A stretch of DNA of 64,000 nucleotides from NCBI RefSeq assembly GCF_004010195.1, contig NC_057752.1, positions 5,634,971 through 5,698,970 on the forward strand. The letters run 5' to 3'. The stretch comes from Chiloscyllium plagiosum (Eukaryota). Positions within the stretch are counted from its first letter, which is position 1. Each line of letters starts with the position of its first letter. Below are positions 23,690 through 36,415 of this stretch, piece after piece. A program made the position numbers and the translations under genes. The notes under the pieces were generated by a model, which saw only the letters and a program-made list of their open reading frames with translations, did no database searches and was not told the origin of the DNA.

Positions 23690-26600
23690 GATCATCACCG
23701 TGCAGTACAGAACCTTTGGCCCTCGATGTTGCGCCAACCTGTGAAACCAATCTGAAACCCATCTAACTTATACTTTTTCATTATCATCCATATGTTTATC
23801 CAATGATCATTTAAAGGCCCTTAAAGTTGGCAAGTCTGCTACTGTTGCAGGCAGGGCAACGCACACTGTTCCACGCACTTAATACTCTCTGAGTAAAGAA
23901 CCTATCTCTGACATCTGTCCTATATCTGTCACCCCTCAATTTAAAGCTATGTCCCCTCATGCTAGCCATCACCATCAGAGGAAAAAGGCTCTCACTGTCC
24001 ACCCTTTCTAATCCTCTGATCATCTTGTATGTCTTTATTCACAACCTCACAACCTTCTTCTCTCTAACAAAAACAGCTTCAAGTCCTTCAGCCTTTTGTC
24101 ATAAGACCTTCCCTCCATACCAGGCAACATCCTGGTAAAATCTCTTCTGCACCCTTTCCATTGCTTCCTCATCCTTCCTATAATGCGGTGACCAGAACTG
24201 TACACAATACTCCAAGTGTGGCCCCACCAGAGTTTTGTACAGCTGCAGCATGACCTCATGGCTCTGAAACTCAATCCCTCGACCAATAAAACCTAACACA
24301 CTGTACTCCTCCTTAACAACCCTTGGGTGGCAACTTTCAGGGATCTATGCATATGGACACCAAGATGTCTCTGGTCATCTACACTACCAAGAGTCTTACC
24401 ATGAGCCCAATACTGTGTATTCCTGTTACTCCTGCCACAGTGAATCACCTCACACTTTTCTGCATTAAATTCCATTTAATGCCACCTCTCAGCCCAGCTC
24501 TGCAGCTTATCTATGTCCCTCCGTAACTTGCAACACCCTTCTGCATTGTCTACAACTCCACCAACCTTAGTGTCATCCACAAATTTACTAACTCATCCTT
24601 CTACTCTCTCATCCAAGTCATTTATAAAATGATAAACAGCACTGGCCCCAAAACAGATCCTTGCGGTACACCACTAGTAACTAAACTCCATACTTTACCC
24701 GTGTCCACCTGTTTGGTCACCTTCGCAAAGAACTCAATAAGGCTTGTGAGGCATGACCTACCCTTCACAAAACTATCCCTAAACAAATTATCCCTTTCTA
24801 GATGATTATAAATCCTATCTCTTATAACCTTTTCCAACACTTTACCCACAACCGAAGTAAGACTCACTGGTCTATAATTTCCAGGGTTGTATCGACTTGA
24901 ACAAGGGGACATTAGCTATCCTCCTGTCTTCTGGCACTATTCCTGTAGACAATGATGACATAAAGATCAAAGCTAAAGGCTCTGCAATCTCCTCCCTGGC
25001 TTCCCAGAGAATCCTAGGATAAATCCCATCTGGCCCAGAGGACATTTCTATTTTCACACTTTCCAGAATTGCTAACACCTCCTCCTTATGAACCTCAATC
25101 CTGTCTAGTCTAATAGCCTGTATGTCGGTATTCTCCTCAACAACATTGTGTTTTTCCTGTGTGAAATCTGACAAAAAATATTCATTTAGCACCTCTTCTA
25201 TCTCCTTGTACTCCACTCACAACTTCCCACTACTGCCCTTGACCGGCCCTGATCTTACTCAAGTCATTCTTTTATTCCTGATGAACCTATAGAAAGCTTT
25301 AGGGTTTTCCTTGATCCTACCTGCCAAAGACTCCTCATGTCCCCTCCTGGCTCTTATTCGCTCTCTTTCGGTCCTTCCTGGCTAACCTGTATCTCTCAAC
25401 TGCCCTAGCTGAGCCTTCATGTCTCATCTTTACATTAGCCTCCTCCTTCCTCTTCACAAGAGATTCAACTTCTTTAGTAAACTACAGTTCCCTCGCTCGC
25501 TCGACCACTTGCTCCCTGCCTGACCGGTACATACTTATCAGGGACATGCAGTAGTTGTTCCTTGAACAAGCTCCACATTTCAATTGTGCCCATCCCGTGC
25601 AGTTTCCTTCCCCATCCTATGCATCCTAAATCTTGCCTAATTGCATCATAATTACCTTTCCCCCAGCTATAACTCTTGCCCTGTGGTACATACCTATCCC
25701 TTTCCATCGCTAAAGTAAACATAACCGAATTGTGGTCACTATCACTAAAGTGCTCACCTACTTCCAAATCTAACACCTGGCCAGGTTCATTATCAGTACC
25801 GAATCCAATATTGCCTCGCCTCTTGTTGGCCTATCTACATACTGTGACAAGAAACCCTCCTGCACACAATGGACAAAAACGGACCCATCTAAAGTTCTCG
25901 AACTATAGCGTTTCCAGTCAATATTTGGAAAGTTAAAGTCCCCCATACCAACTAGGTAAAAACAATGACTGCAGATGCTGGGCTTTTGCCCGAAACGTCG
26001 ATTTTGCCTGTCCTCGGATGCTGCCTGAATTGCTGTGCTCTTCCAGCACCACTGATCCAGAACCCCCATACCAACTACCCTGTTACTTTTGTTCCTATCC
26101 ATAATTATGTTTTCCAGAGCTGTAGAGGAAAGGATTGCACTTTTCAGAGGCCTATAGAAAACTCCCACCAGGGTGACCTCTCTTTTCCTGTTTCTAACCT
26201 CAGCCCATACTACCTCAGTAGGCTAGTCCTCATCAAATGTCCTTTCTGCCACTGTAATACTGTCCTTGACTAACAATGCCACACCTCCCCCTCTTTTACC
26301 ACCTTCCCTGTTCTTACTGAAACATCTAAACCCCAGAACCTGCAACAACCATTCCTGCCCCTGCTCTATTCCATGTCTCCGAAATGGCCACAACATCTAA
26401 GTCCCAGGTACCAACCCATGCTGCAAGTTCACCCACCTTATTCCGGATGTTCCTGGCGATGAAGTAGGTACACTTCAAACCACCTTCCTGCCTGCCGGTA
26501 TACTCTTGCGACTTTGAAACCTTATTTATGACCACACTACTCTCAACCTCCTGTACACTGGAGCTACAATTCAGGTTCCCATCCCCCTGCTGAATTAGTT

Positions 26601-27065
26601 TAAACCCTCCCAAAGAGCATAAGCAAATTTCTTCCCCCCAAGGTATTGGTACCTCTCCGGTTCAGGTGTAGACCATCCTGTTTGTAGAGGTCCCACCGAC
26701 CCCAAAACGAGCCCCAATTATCCAGATATCTGAATCCCTCCCTCCTGTACCATCCCTGTTGCCACGTGTTCAACTGCTCTCTCTCCCTATTCCTTGCCTC
26801 ACTAGCACGTGGCACTGATAACAAACAAGAGATAGCAACTCTGTTTGTTCTAGCTCTAAGCTTCCACCCTAGCTCCCTGAATTTCAGCCTTCTATCCCCA
26901 TCCCTTTTCCTACCTCTGCTGTTTGTGCCTCTGTGGACCACGACTTGGGACTGCTCCCCCTTCCTCTTAAGGATCCTAAAAACACGATCTGAGGCAACAC
27001 ACCAACCGTGAGTCTCTCTCGTTCCCACAGAATTCCTATCTGTCACCCTAACTATGGAGATTCCA
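23690..27065 (-). mobile_element. Long decayed CR1 LINE: ORF1 esterase, APE endonuclease, RT and 3' UTR
   Basis: ORF1 VVVHRGTN...DGLHLN. EN VVAISETW, MGDFNFP and SDH. RT PGNYRPVSLTSVVGK, GVPQGSVLGP and LYKTLVGPHLEYCVQFW. Confidence 0.93.
25955..26062. mobile_element. 108-bp PLE mini-insertion (inverted tail + pLTR starting inside the hammerhead) nested in the CR1 endonuclease
   Basis: TSD CCCCCATACCAACTA (25940-25954 / 26063-26077). The duplication repeats 'VGMG' in ORF 25770-26168. Confidence 0.88.
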
Positions 27066-27146
27066 CCATACAATTCTTTAGGATATTAGGGGAATGCACG
27101 AAAGTAAAAGGGAGGACTGCTGGTAGATCTAGGATTCTAAAATTGG

Positions 27147-27785
27147 TGTGACAATACTATGGCTTTAAGAGATATATTTTGTCCTTTTCTTTTTAATGAA
27201 GAAAGATTGAGGCAGAGGTGAGGAATGGTCTGCTCAAAGTCAATACAGTAAACAGCTTGTGAGGCCTTGGGTTTTTATTTACAAGTTGGAACAATAGAAG
27301 TAGCCTGAAAGGGTGGGATCAAGCTCCCACAGAAGAAGAATTTTTAGTTTTAGTTTTCTGCAGTTGCTGGGACCTTAAAGCTGGATGTGGAAGTTCTTAT
27401 TCCTCTCTCTGTTACAGCTAAAAACTGGAGTTCTCTTTCTGCTGCGAGAATTGCAATTGAGATAACCTGTTTTATTGAATTTGCCTTGGCCAAGGGTGCG
27501 TTTATGTGATGTTACTATATTGGAACAGTTAATTGGTAGTATATATATATATATATTATTTTGTTAAGCATTTTGATAGTGTTAGAGTTAAGCCAACTCT
27601 TTTCTTCGATTTTGATTGTGTCTGTATTTTAACTGTAGTGTAAAAATTATGTTTTGCTTAACACAGAGTAGTTTGACCAATTGAATTGCATCTGGAACAC
27701 AACATCTGACACTTTTAAGATAACAAAAAGTTAGGGTCTAGGCTATTTTAATATATTTTGAGGGGATTTGGTCTGGTCCATAACA
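27147..27785 (+). mobile_element. Solo LTR, family 1
   Basis: TG...CA termini, 4-bp TSD TTGG (27143-27146 / 27786-27789), collinear with 2579-3230. Confidence 0.88.
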
Positions 27786-27889
27786 TTGGTCCAATACCAC
27801 AGCATCAAATCAACCCCAATATTTAGTGCAGTAATGAGAGTAAGTCCTTTGCATGTCTTATGATGTGGTTTTCCTGTACCTCACTGGGG

Positions 27890-28240
27890 AAATGGTAATA
27901 TGGTGGTATTGTCACTGCAGTAATGATCTAGGACCCCAGGATAGTGTTCTCGGGATGTTTGTTTGAATTACACCATGGCAAATGGTGAATTTTAGGTTGA
28001 GTATAAATCAAAACTCTAGAATTGACCTACTGGCAACTATTATTGTCAATTGTCATAAAATATCATCTGTTTCACTAATGTCATTTAGAAAATCTGTGGT
28101 CCTTACATAGTTTGGCTTACATGTGGCTCCGAACCCACAGCAATGTGGTTGACTCTAAATTGCAATTGAGCGATTAGGAACGGGCAATAAATCCTGGCCT
28201 GGCCAACAACACCCACAACCCCATAAACATAAAAGAAATA
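27890..28240 (+). mobile_element. SINE family B
   Basis: GTGGTATTGTCACTG head, CCACAGCAATGTGGTTGACTCT, and GGGCAATAAAT tail. Confidence 0.75.
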
Positions 28241-28456
28241 AACTTTATTTTACTATGTTCAGAGCTTATTCTTCTGTGACACCTATTTCTGTACTAATTT
28301 GGAGAGAGAATACACATGAATCGATGTAACATTTGGGAGGACTATTGAAAACTTGTCTTTTTATCCTGGTTAGCCAACTGCATCATTTTCAATATTGAAA
28401 GGATTTGTGTCCTGAATGGCTCACATACACTTGCGCTTTGCTGCTAGGCCAACAGC

Positions 28457-28645
28457 AGAATAGACAATAGGTGCAGGAGTAGGCCATTCTGCCCTTCGAG
28501 CCTGCACCACCATTCAATATGATCATGGCTGATCATCCTTAATCAGTATTCTGTTCCTGCCTTATCTCCATAACCCTTGATTCCACTATCCTTGAGAGCT
28601 CTATCCAACTCTTTCTTAAATGAATCCAGAGACTGGGCCTATACT
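28457..28645 (-). mobile_element. CR1 3'-end fragment
   Basis: AATAGGTGCAGGAGTAGGCCATT...GATCATGGCTGATCATCC. Confidence 0.75.
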
Positions 28646-28960
28646 GTTAAACCAGAGATCCAAGCAATGTTCTTGTGACTCGGGTTCAAATCCTGCCATG
28701 GCAGCTGATAGGATTTGAATTCAATAATAATCTGGAAATAAGAGCCCAGTAATGATCATTAAACCATTATCGATTTTTGGAAAAATCCATGTAGCTCACT
28801 AAAGAAAAGGAAAATTGCATCATTTTTTCAGCTTTGCCCTACATGTGACTCCAGACCTGCAGAAATGTGGTCAACTCTTAAGTACACTCTGGGCAATTAA
28901 GAATGTGCAACAAATGCTGGTCTAGTCAGTAATGCCCACATTCCTTGAATGATTTTAAAA
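28646..28960 (+). mobile_element. SINE family B
   Basis: GGGTTCAAATCCTGCCATGGCAG and CTACATGTGACTCCAGACC, plus the tail. Confidence 0.75.
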
Positions 28961-28999
28961 GAAGATTGTGGGGACAAGGTCAGAAAGTAGATTTCAGTG

Positions 29000-30625
29000 G
29001 GTTTGATAGGAGAGTGAAAGAAATTTTGAGATTGTGTCTTTCCATGCCAGTGAGTATCAAAAGAGGAGAATGGAGTGATTGCTAGAAACCTACTTTAGAA
29101 GGGTGGTAATTTCTGGGGCACTGGGACTGGTTCTAGGGAAACTGGAACCTATATGACCAGATGGTCTATATATGACAGGGCCAAGATAAATATCTTTGCA
29201 GAGAGATTCGTTAGAACGGTTGAGGATTTAAGCAAGATTGGCAGGGAGGTGGGAACCTAAGGGCAAGTTCAGAGCATGGAATAGGATGCAGAAATTCAGC
29301 GAATATCTCTGCTGCTTCTGCTTTTCGGGAGTGAAAGGCTATAAAGTGCAGGAATTTGGCAGTATCAAAATGCACATTTGCGATGCAAGGAGTATACAAA
29401 AACTGAGGGCATAGGTCAACGCATAACTTGATAGCATAGCTACACCAAAGGGGAGGCAAGAAGACAGCTCATTATTACCGGATTTCAAGTTTTCAGGCGA
29501 ATAGAGAAGGGGATTTAAAAATTGTGATGTATTATACTTAAAGATCCTGGAGAGTGATACTGAAAAAAAAAACCTTGGAGTGCACATCATAGTTCCTTGA
29601 AAGTAGAGTCACAAGTAGCCAGAATAGTGAAGGTGGTGTTTGGGTATGCTTGCCTTTATTGGTCAGTGCAATGAGTATAGAGCTGGGAGGTCATGTTGTG
29701 GCTGTACAAGACGTTGGTTAGGCCACTTGTGGAATACTGCATTCAATTCTAGTCTCCCTCTGATAGGAAGGATGTTGCGAAACTTGAAAGGGTGAATAGC
29801 CAAGGTCTTTTTTCCTGGGATAGCAGGGCATATGTTTAAGGTGAGAGCGGAAAGATTTAAAAGGGACTTAAGGGGCAACTTTTTCTCTCATACACTGTTT
29901 GGAATGAACTGCCAGAGGAAGTGGTAGAGACTGGTACAATTACAACATGAAAAGGCAACTGAAATGGGTACACTAATAGGGAAGGTTTAGAGGGATAGGG
30001 CCAAATGCTGGCAGATGGGACTCAATTGATTTTGAGGTGTAGTGGACAGCGAAGGTTACCTTGGATTACAACAGGATTTTGATCAGATGGGCCAATGGCT
30101 GAGGCAGAAACCCACCCCAGTCTCTTCCCTGGGGTGGAGAAAGTCCAGAACTAGAGAGCATAGGTTTAAGGTCAGAGAGGAAAGCTTTAAAAGAGACCTA
30201 TGGGGTAACTGTTTCACACACACAGCGGTGTGTGTGTGGAATGGGCTGCCAAAGGAAATGGTGGAGGCCAGTACAATTACCTTATTCCGCCAATCAGGAT
30301 GTTGGTTTGAAATGTATGTACTTGAATGCTAGGAGCATCCAGAATAAAGTGAGTTAACTTGCAACATGGGTTGGTACCTAGGATTTCAATGTTGTGGCCA
30401 TTTCAAAGACATGGCTAGAGGAGGGACAGGAATGGTTGTTGCAGATTCCAGGATTTCGATGTTTCAGCAAGAACAGACAAGATGGTAAAAGAGGCGGGGG
30501 TGTGGTATTGTTAATCAACGGTAGTAATACAGCAGCTGAGATAATGTTTGAGGACTCATTCACTGCTGTAGTTTGGGCTGAGGTTAGAAACAGGAAAGGA
30601 GAGGTCACCCTGTTGGGAGTTTTCT
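29000..30625 (+). mobile_element. Cluster of CR1 fragments (ORF1/EN relic, HER1 RT 3' ends, EN start running into the gap)
   Basis: LYKTLVRPLVEYCIQF-type segment at ~29700; SRTREHRFKVR; AISKTWLEEGQEW...RGGGVVL...WAEVRNRKG. Confidence 0.8.
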
Positions 30626-31181
30626 NNNNNNNNNNNNNNNNNNNNNNNNNNNNNNNNNNNNNNNNNNNNNNNNNNNNNNNNNNNNNNNNNNNNNNNNNNN
30701 NNNNNNNNNNNNNNNNNNNNNNNNNNNNNNNNNNNNNNNNNNNNNNNNNNNNNNNNNNNNNNNNNNNNNNNNNNNNNNNNNNNNNNNNNNNNNNNNNNNN
30801 NNNNNNNNNNNNNNNNNNNNNNNNNNNNNNNNNNNNNNNNNNNNNNNNNNNNNNNNNNNNNNNNNNNNNNNNNNNNNNNNNNNNNNNNNNNNNNNNNNNN
30901 NNNNNNNNNNNNNNNNNNNNNNNNNNNNNNNNNNNNNNNNNNNNNNNNNNNNNNNNNNNNNNNNNNNNNNNNNNNNNNNNNNNNNNNNNNNNNNNNNNNN
31001 NNNNNNNNNNNNNNNNNNNNNNNNNNNNNNNNNNNNNNNNNNNNNNNNNNNNNNNNNNNNNNNNNNNNNNNNNNNNNNNNNNNNNNNNNNNNNNNNNNNN
31101 NNNNNNNNNNNNNNNNNNNNNNNNNNNNNNNNNNNNNNNNNNNNNNNNNNNNNNNNNNNNNNNNNNNNNNNNNNNNNNNNN
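30626..31181. other. Assembly gap (556 N)
   Basis: Run of N. Confidence 1.
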
Positions 31182-31765
31182 CAAAAAGATTCAACTTGTT
31201 CCTGACAGGTACTTCCCCCGCGGTCTCTTGTACGTGTCTCCTCTCTGCCTTCCTCATTGTCTGCTCTCTTCTGGTATGGTCGGTGTAATAACCTCGCTGA
31301 AGGTCTTGTCCAGAAAGATCTCGTTCTCTCGGATGAGCCTAAGGTCCTCAAATTCTTTCATCTGTGCTGCAATATGCTCGGTCAGTAGCTGAACGTGCAC
31401 ACACTTTCCACACTTATACGAGCCAGACACACCAGAGTCATTGGCCTCCCACATCAAGCATGTAGCACACTGAACCAGCTTGGCAGTCATGTCTTCACCC
31501 TCTTCAACTGTGGCGTAATCACTTCACTCAACCTCCTTGTCAAAGATTCCTGAGCTAAAGCCTTACCCTTCAATCCACAGGAACTTCCTTGGACCCTCTT
31601 TTTGGGGCAAGTCTGTGTACTTTTAATTTAGGTTAGAGGAGGAGGGTGGGCTTTGTAGGACCTGGGGTCTAGAACACACCCACTCAAATAACAATCACTT
31701 ACCTTCCCGACCGGCTTTGCGCTCCAACTTCACTTCCGCCCAGCTCCCGCCGCTCTCTGCTGCAA
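31182..31765 (-). mobile_element. CR1 5' end: 5' UTR and ORF1 N-terminal zinc finger/leucine zipper
   Basis: MTAKLVQCATCLMWE...YKCGKCVHVQLL...EFEDLRLIRENEIFLD (CxxC...CxxC followed by a coiled coil), typical of CR1 ORF1. Confidence 0.8.
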
Positions 31766-32029
31766 AAAGAAGGTGTAGATGTCAGCAGAGGATCAGTGAG
31801 GGTCAAACCAGCAGTCATGTTCTCAGACTGTTATCCCAGGGGTAACTCACAGGTCAAATGGGAATGGCTGGAACAAGACAGAAGGAGAAACAGAGTGATT
31901 ATGTGACAGTGCATGGACAATTTCAAAGACTCTTCTCTCCTTTGCCTGAATCTATAATTGTTGCCTTCTCCACATTCCTAACATCAATCTACTAATCAAT
32001 AGTGAATCAGGTAATTGAACTAGGGATGT

Positions 32030-32250
32030 GGAGCTGAGGAGTTGTTTTTAATGCAGTGAATTGTTAGGATCAAGATTGCGCCTCCTGAAGGGGTAGTTGA
32101 AGCATTTTCAATCATAACTTTCAAAATGGAATCTGTTAAATACTTTTGAAGGGGTACCTTACACAGCGATGGGGAAAAGGCAGGGGTGTGGAATGAATTC
32201 GATAGCCCTTTCAAAGAGCTGGCATAGATACAATAGGTTAAATGCCCACT
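32030..32250 (+). mobile_element. Old CR1 3' end
   Basis: GCCTCCTGAAGGGGTAGTTGAAGCA...CAAAGAGCTGGCATAGATACAATAGG. Confidence 0.6.
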
Positions 32251-32817
32251 TTTTTTAAACTCAAGGGCTCATAGAAGGATAGAACCTGGGCAGTGTTGGT
32301 GTTCCTTGTGAAATGCGTCACTGTTCTTGATTGCCCAAATTGCGCACAGATCAGCAGCCTTTCTTCCCAGGGCAGAGTTCATCTTATCACATATGCTGAA
32401 GAAAACTAAGGCTGCTGAAACTCACTCCTGATAGAATTACAAGATTAATTCTCAAGATTTTGAATTGTAAGGATGGGAATGATTTCACCATGTAACTCCA
32501 AGCTTTATTTGAACAAAAAATGCAGTAAATACCAAAGGTGTCCACCTTGTTTCTTCTAATGGTATCTTACTCAATTTGTAATTCTTGAGTCTAGATAGAG
32601 TTACTTGACTATGTGGAGAGTCTCGCTGACACTTGAGGGAGGCTGCTGTCAAGTACAATGAACCCATCACCATCTCAGTTGTGAACTTGGAGCTTTCTTT
32701 GGTCTGGTTACCTCCATGACATGGTTGATGAGGCCATGTAACCCTGGGCCACAAGGGAAGTTGCCCCACCAAGCATTGTACAAACAGTAGGAAGAGAGTG
32801 GGGAATCTACTGAGAAT

Positions 32818-33011
32818 AGGAGATAATGATGCTGGAGAGTCAGAGTCAATAACGTATGGCGCTGGAAAAAGCACAGCAGGTCAGGCAGCATCCGAGGAGC
32901 AGGAGAGTCGACGTTTTGGGCAGGATCTGATGAAGGGTTCTGCCCAAAATGTGGATTTTCCTGCTCCTTGGATACCACCTGACCTGCTGTGCTTTTTTCA
33001 GTGCCACACCT
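32818..33011. mobile_element. Fold-back (palindromic) PLE mini-insertion
   Basis: Two ~65-bp inverted pLTR arms around a loop containing CTGATGA. TSD AATCTACTGAGAAT (32804-32817) / AATCCACTGAGAAT (33012-33025). Confidence 0.88.
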
Positions 33012-33059
33012 AATCCACTGAGAATTCAGTGATACTTCACAGCTACCTCCAAATGTCCA

Positions 33060-33275
33060 TCTGAGAGATTTTCAAATGGACCCATAGGAGAGTGGTGAAC
33101 CTTTGGAATTCTACACTCCAGAGAGATGTGGAGGCTTAGTTGCTGAGTATTCAAGACTGAGATTAATAGATTTCCAGAGATATGGGGAAGATGGAGTTAA
33201 AGTAGAAAATCAACCTGATTGAACTGGTAGAATGGGCTTGAGGGGCTGAGTACCCTCCTCCTACTCCTATTATGC
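33060..33275 (+). mobile_element. CR1 3' end
   Basis: GAGAGTGGTGAACCTTTGGAATTCT...CCTCCTCCTACTCCTATT. Confidence 0.65.
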
Positions 33276-33374
33276 TCAGTTCTTCACTTGGTTTTTGTGA
33301 TTGAGAATCATTACATGAGATCTTAGCCCTTGCTGGAGCCAATGAAATGCCACAGGCTGTTGTTACCTGAAACA

Positions 33375-33548
33375 GAGGGTGCTGGAGATACTCAGCAGCA
33401 TCTGTGGAGAGACCCACACAGTTAATATTTCTTACCGGACTTGAAATATTGACTCTGTTTCACGCTGCACAGATGCTGCCAGGCCTGCTGAGTTTCTCCA
33501 GAATTCTGTTTGTTTCGGACTTCCAGTATCCACAGTATTTTACTTCTA
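33375..33548. mobile_element. Older palindromic PLE-pLTR-derived repeat
   Basis: TGCTGGAGATACTCAGCAGCATCTGTGGAG ... CACAGATGCTGCCAGGCCTGCTGAGTTTCTCCAG inverted arms, and a decayed tail TTCCAGTATCCACAGT. Confidence 0.65.
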
Positions 33549-33982
33549 TTCAATAAACCAAAGTTTGTGAGCGTCTTTCTTTAAATATTATTAATCTATT
33601 TCAGAGCTGAGGGATAGAATAGTCATTTCTTTGGCAGTGTTTGTAATTATTCTAATAAAGTTAACTGATGTTACCGTAAACTCTTTTTCTGAAGTGATAG
33701 TGATCAGGGCAGCTTGCCCCTCATTTTTGGGACAGACATCTGCTAGTACGCAGTCAGTATTCATTAATCTGTGGATCTGCCTAATTTTGTAAGCTACTGC
33801 GTATCCGAATCCATGACATGTGTGACCCATGTGCTTTTTGGATGCCTCTGTGTTCATGTACACAATAGTTATCCATACACAGATCTGCTTGCATCAGCTC
33901 TCGGCCTTGGGGAGCAGAACACACAGCTGTAAAACATTGCTCTTTTCTGACCTTCGGTAACTCGACCAAATAGACTCCTTAC

Positions 33983-34026
33983 CGTTTTGGGGTGTCACTC
34001 CACAGCTAGTTTCAGAGTTCACAGGT
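33983..34026 (-). other. Candidate 44-nt exon
   Basis: Acceptor TGTTGTCCTTTCAG| and donor ACG|GTAAGG in unique sequence. One open frame (PVNSETSCGVTPQN). Confidence 0.25.
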
Positions 34027-34657
34027 CTGAAAGGACAACAGGATGACAGTCTTGCTAACAGGAGAGTTGAAATTCAGTCATTTACTTTCCCAAGACAGGG
34101 AATTCTGACCGAATCTGCATCTATGATTTGATTTCTGACATATTATTTCTTTCTTAAATTGTGAAGCCATCTTAGAGCTCAACGGCCACAAGACAAGAAC
34201 CCCCTCAACTTCCAGAGGCTCTGACTGACATGCAGCACTTTCCTGTTCATCTGGTATTGAGGTACCAGCTGGGCAAAGTATGAGAGGTCATGGTTCAGAG
34301 AATATACTTGCACATGTTTCCCCAAAAGGAACAGCAGTAGACACAGTCCCAGAAATTTGCAGGACAAAGTTGACTCAATGAGATCACTCCCCACTTGGGG
34401 ATTTAACTGGACTGTAAAATCAAGCCGAGTTAAACCAGCATCCAATGTGATCAGTTTCGCTACCAGGCAGTTCCAATTCAAATGATCTCCTGCATTTGGA
34501 GGAGAAATTTGAATGACTGTGTGTTCAGCCTGGGAGCAAATTTCACCAGGTGAAATAAATGGCAGATTTATAACATTGGTCCATTAACAGAAGAGACTGA
34601 AGACATACATTGAGGTGATGGAGGACAAGACTATTAAAATGGCAGAGACAAGACGCT

Positions 34658-34779
34658 AGGCGAAAGTGAGGACTTGCAGATTAGAATCTGGAATGTGGTG
34701 CTGGAAAAGCGCAGCAGGTTAAGCAGCATCTGAGGAGCAGGACAATCGACGTTTCGGGCATAAACCCTTCATCAGGAAT
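34658..34779 (-). mobile_element. 122-bp tailed PLE mini-insertion with an intact hammerhead core (34744-34779)
   Basis: Reverse complement ATTCCTGATGAAGGGTTTATGCCCGAAACGTCGATT. Imperfect TSD GAGACAAGACGCT (34645-34657) / GAGACAGGACACT (34787-34799). Confidence 0.85.
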
Positions 34780-35171
34780 CAGACAGGAGACAGGACACTG
34801 CCTGACATGCAAACCTCTCCAACCAAGGAAAGGTTTGTGTACCATGGCTTGTTTATCATTGTTCCAGATTTTCTTGCCAACCAGGTCAGCTTTTCCCTTC
34901 TGTGGTCTTCGATGATAGCACCTTATTCTCAGACAGTGTTTTACAACAGGCAGCGGATAGTAATCATTTTCAAAGTGCTGTTTTAATGATACTACAGGAT
35001 GTCACTTAATAGATTCAGGCCACTTCAGCGCATGCTTGAGTTTGCTAACTCTGATGCTGACACACATATCTTGTTGCATTTTCATTCCACTGGTAGACTG
35101 CAGAGCAATCGTGAGCTATAACTCAATAGAATAGCATTGACTTCCAAGTGCAGTACCTTGAACTGTTTGAG

Positions 35172-36415
35172 AGGCCTGCCCGACAGCGTCCAAATAGCAC
35201 AGAAACAGACCCTTTGGTCCAATCCGTCCATTCTGACCAAATTTCCCAAACTAACTTCATCTCACTTGTTTGCGTTTGGCCTCTAAACCTTTCCTCTTCA
35301 TGTACCTCCAAATGTCATAGAGTCATAGAGATGTACAGCATGGAAACAGACCCTTCGGTCAGACCCGTCCATGCCGACCAGATATCCCAACCCAATCTAG
35401 TCCCACCTGCCAGCACCCGGCCCATATCTCTCCAAACCCTTCCTATTCATTTACCCATCCAAATGCCTCTTAAATGTTGCAATTGTACCAGCCTCCACCA
35501 CATCCTCTGGCACCTCATTCCATACATGTATCACCTTCTGTGTGAAAAAGTTGCCCCTTTGGTCTCTTTTATATCTTTCCCCATCTCACCCTAAACCTAT
35601 GCCCTCTAGTTCTGGACTTCCCGACCCCAGGGAAAAGACTTTGCCTATTTACCCTATCCATGCCCCTCATAATTTTGTAAACCTCTATAAGGTCACCCTC
35701 AGCCTCCGACGCTCCAGGGAAAACAGCCCTAGCCTGTTCAGCCTCTCCCTGTAGCTCGTATGCTCCAACCCTGGCAACATCCTTGTAAATCTTTTCTGAA
35801 CCCTTTCAGGTTTCACAACATCTTTCCGATAGGAAGGAGACCAGAATTGCACGCAATATTCCTACAGTGGCCTAACCAATGTCCTGTACAGCCGCAACAT
35901 GACCTCCCAACTCCTGTACTCAATACTTTGACCAATGTCTTTTGAATGTTGTAACTGTATCTCCATCTACGACTTGCTCTGGCAGTTCATTCCACATATG
36001 ATCCACCCTCTGTGTAAGAAAATTATCCCTCAGTCCTTTTTAAATCTTTCTCCTCTCACCTTAAACCTATGCCCTCTAGTTTTGAACTCCCCTACTCTGG
36101 GGAAAAGACCTTGGCTATTCACCCTATCCATGCCTCTCACGATTTTATAAACCTCTGCCAGGTCACCCCTCAGCCCACCACACCAGTGGAAAATTTCACA
36201 GCCTATGCAGCCCTCCTCATAACTTAAATCCTCCAGTCCTGGCAACATCCCTGTAAATCCTCCCCGAACCCTCCCCAATTTAACAACATCCTTTCCACAG
36301 CAGAGCTAGCAGAACTCTACAAAGCGGCCCTACCAACACCCTGCACATCTGCTCAATGGTCTGAGCAATGACGGTAAGTATGCCAAACACATTCTTAACA
36401 ACCCTGTCTACCTGT
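35172..36415 (-). mobile_element. HER1/CR1 3' end with a younger HER1 copy (~35317-35933) nested inside
   Basis: Two successive CR1 3' UTRs. AATGTC is duplicated at 35311-35316 / 35934-35939. LRGDLAEVYKIVRG...TRGHRFK. Confidence 0.85.

Noticed and set aside
2579..27785. Two same-orientation family-1 LTRs as the ends of one 25-kb provirus
   Set aside because: The 27147 copy has its own TSD on both sides, the copies are clearly diverged, and no gag/pol lies between them.
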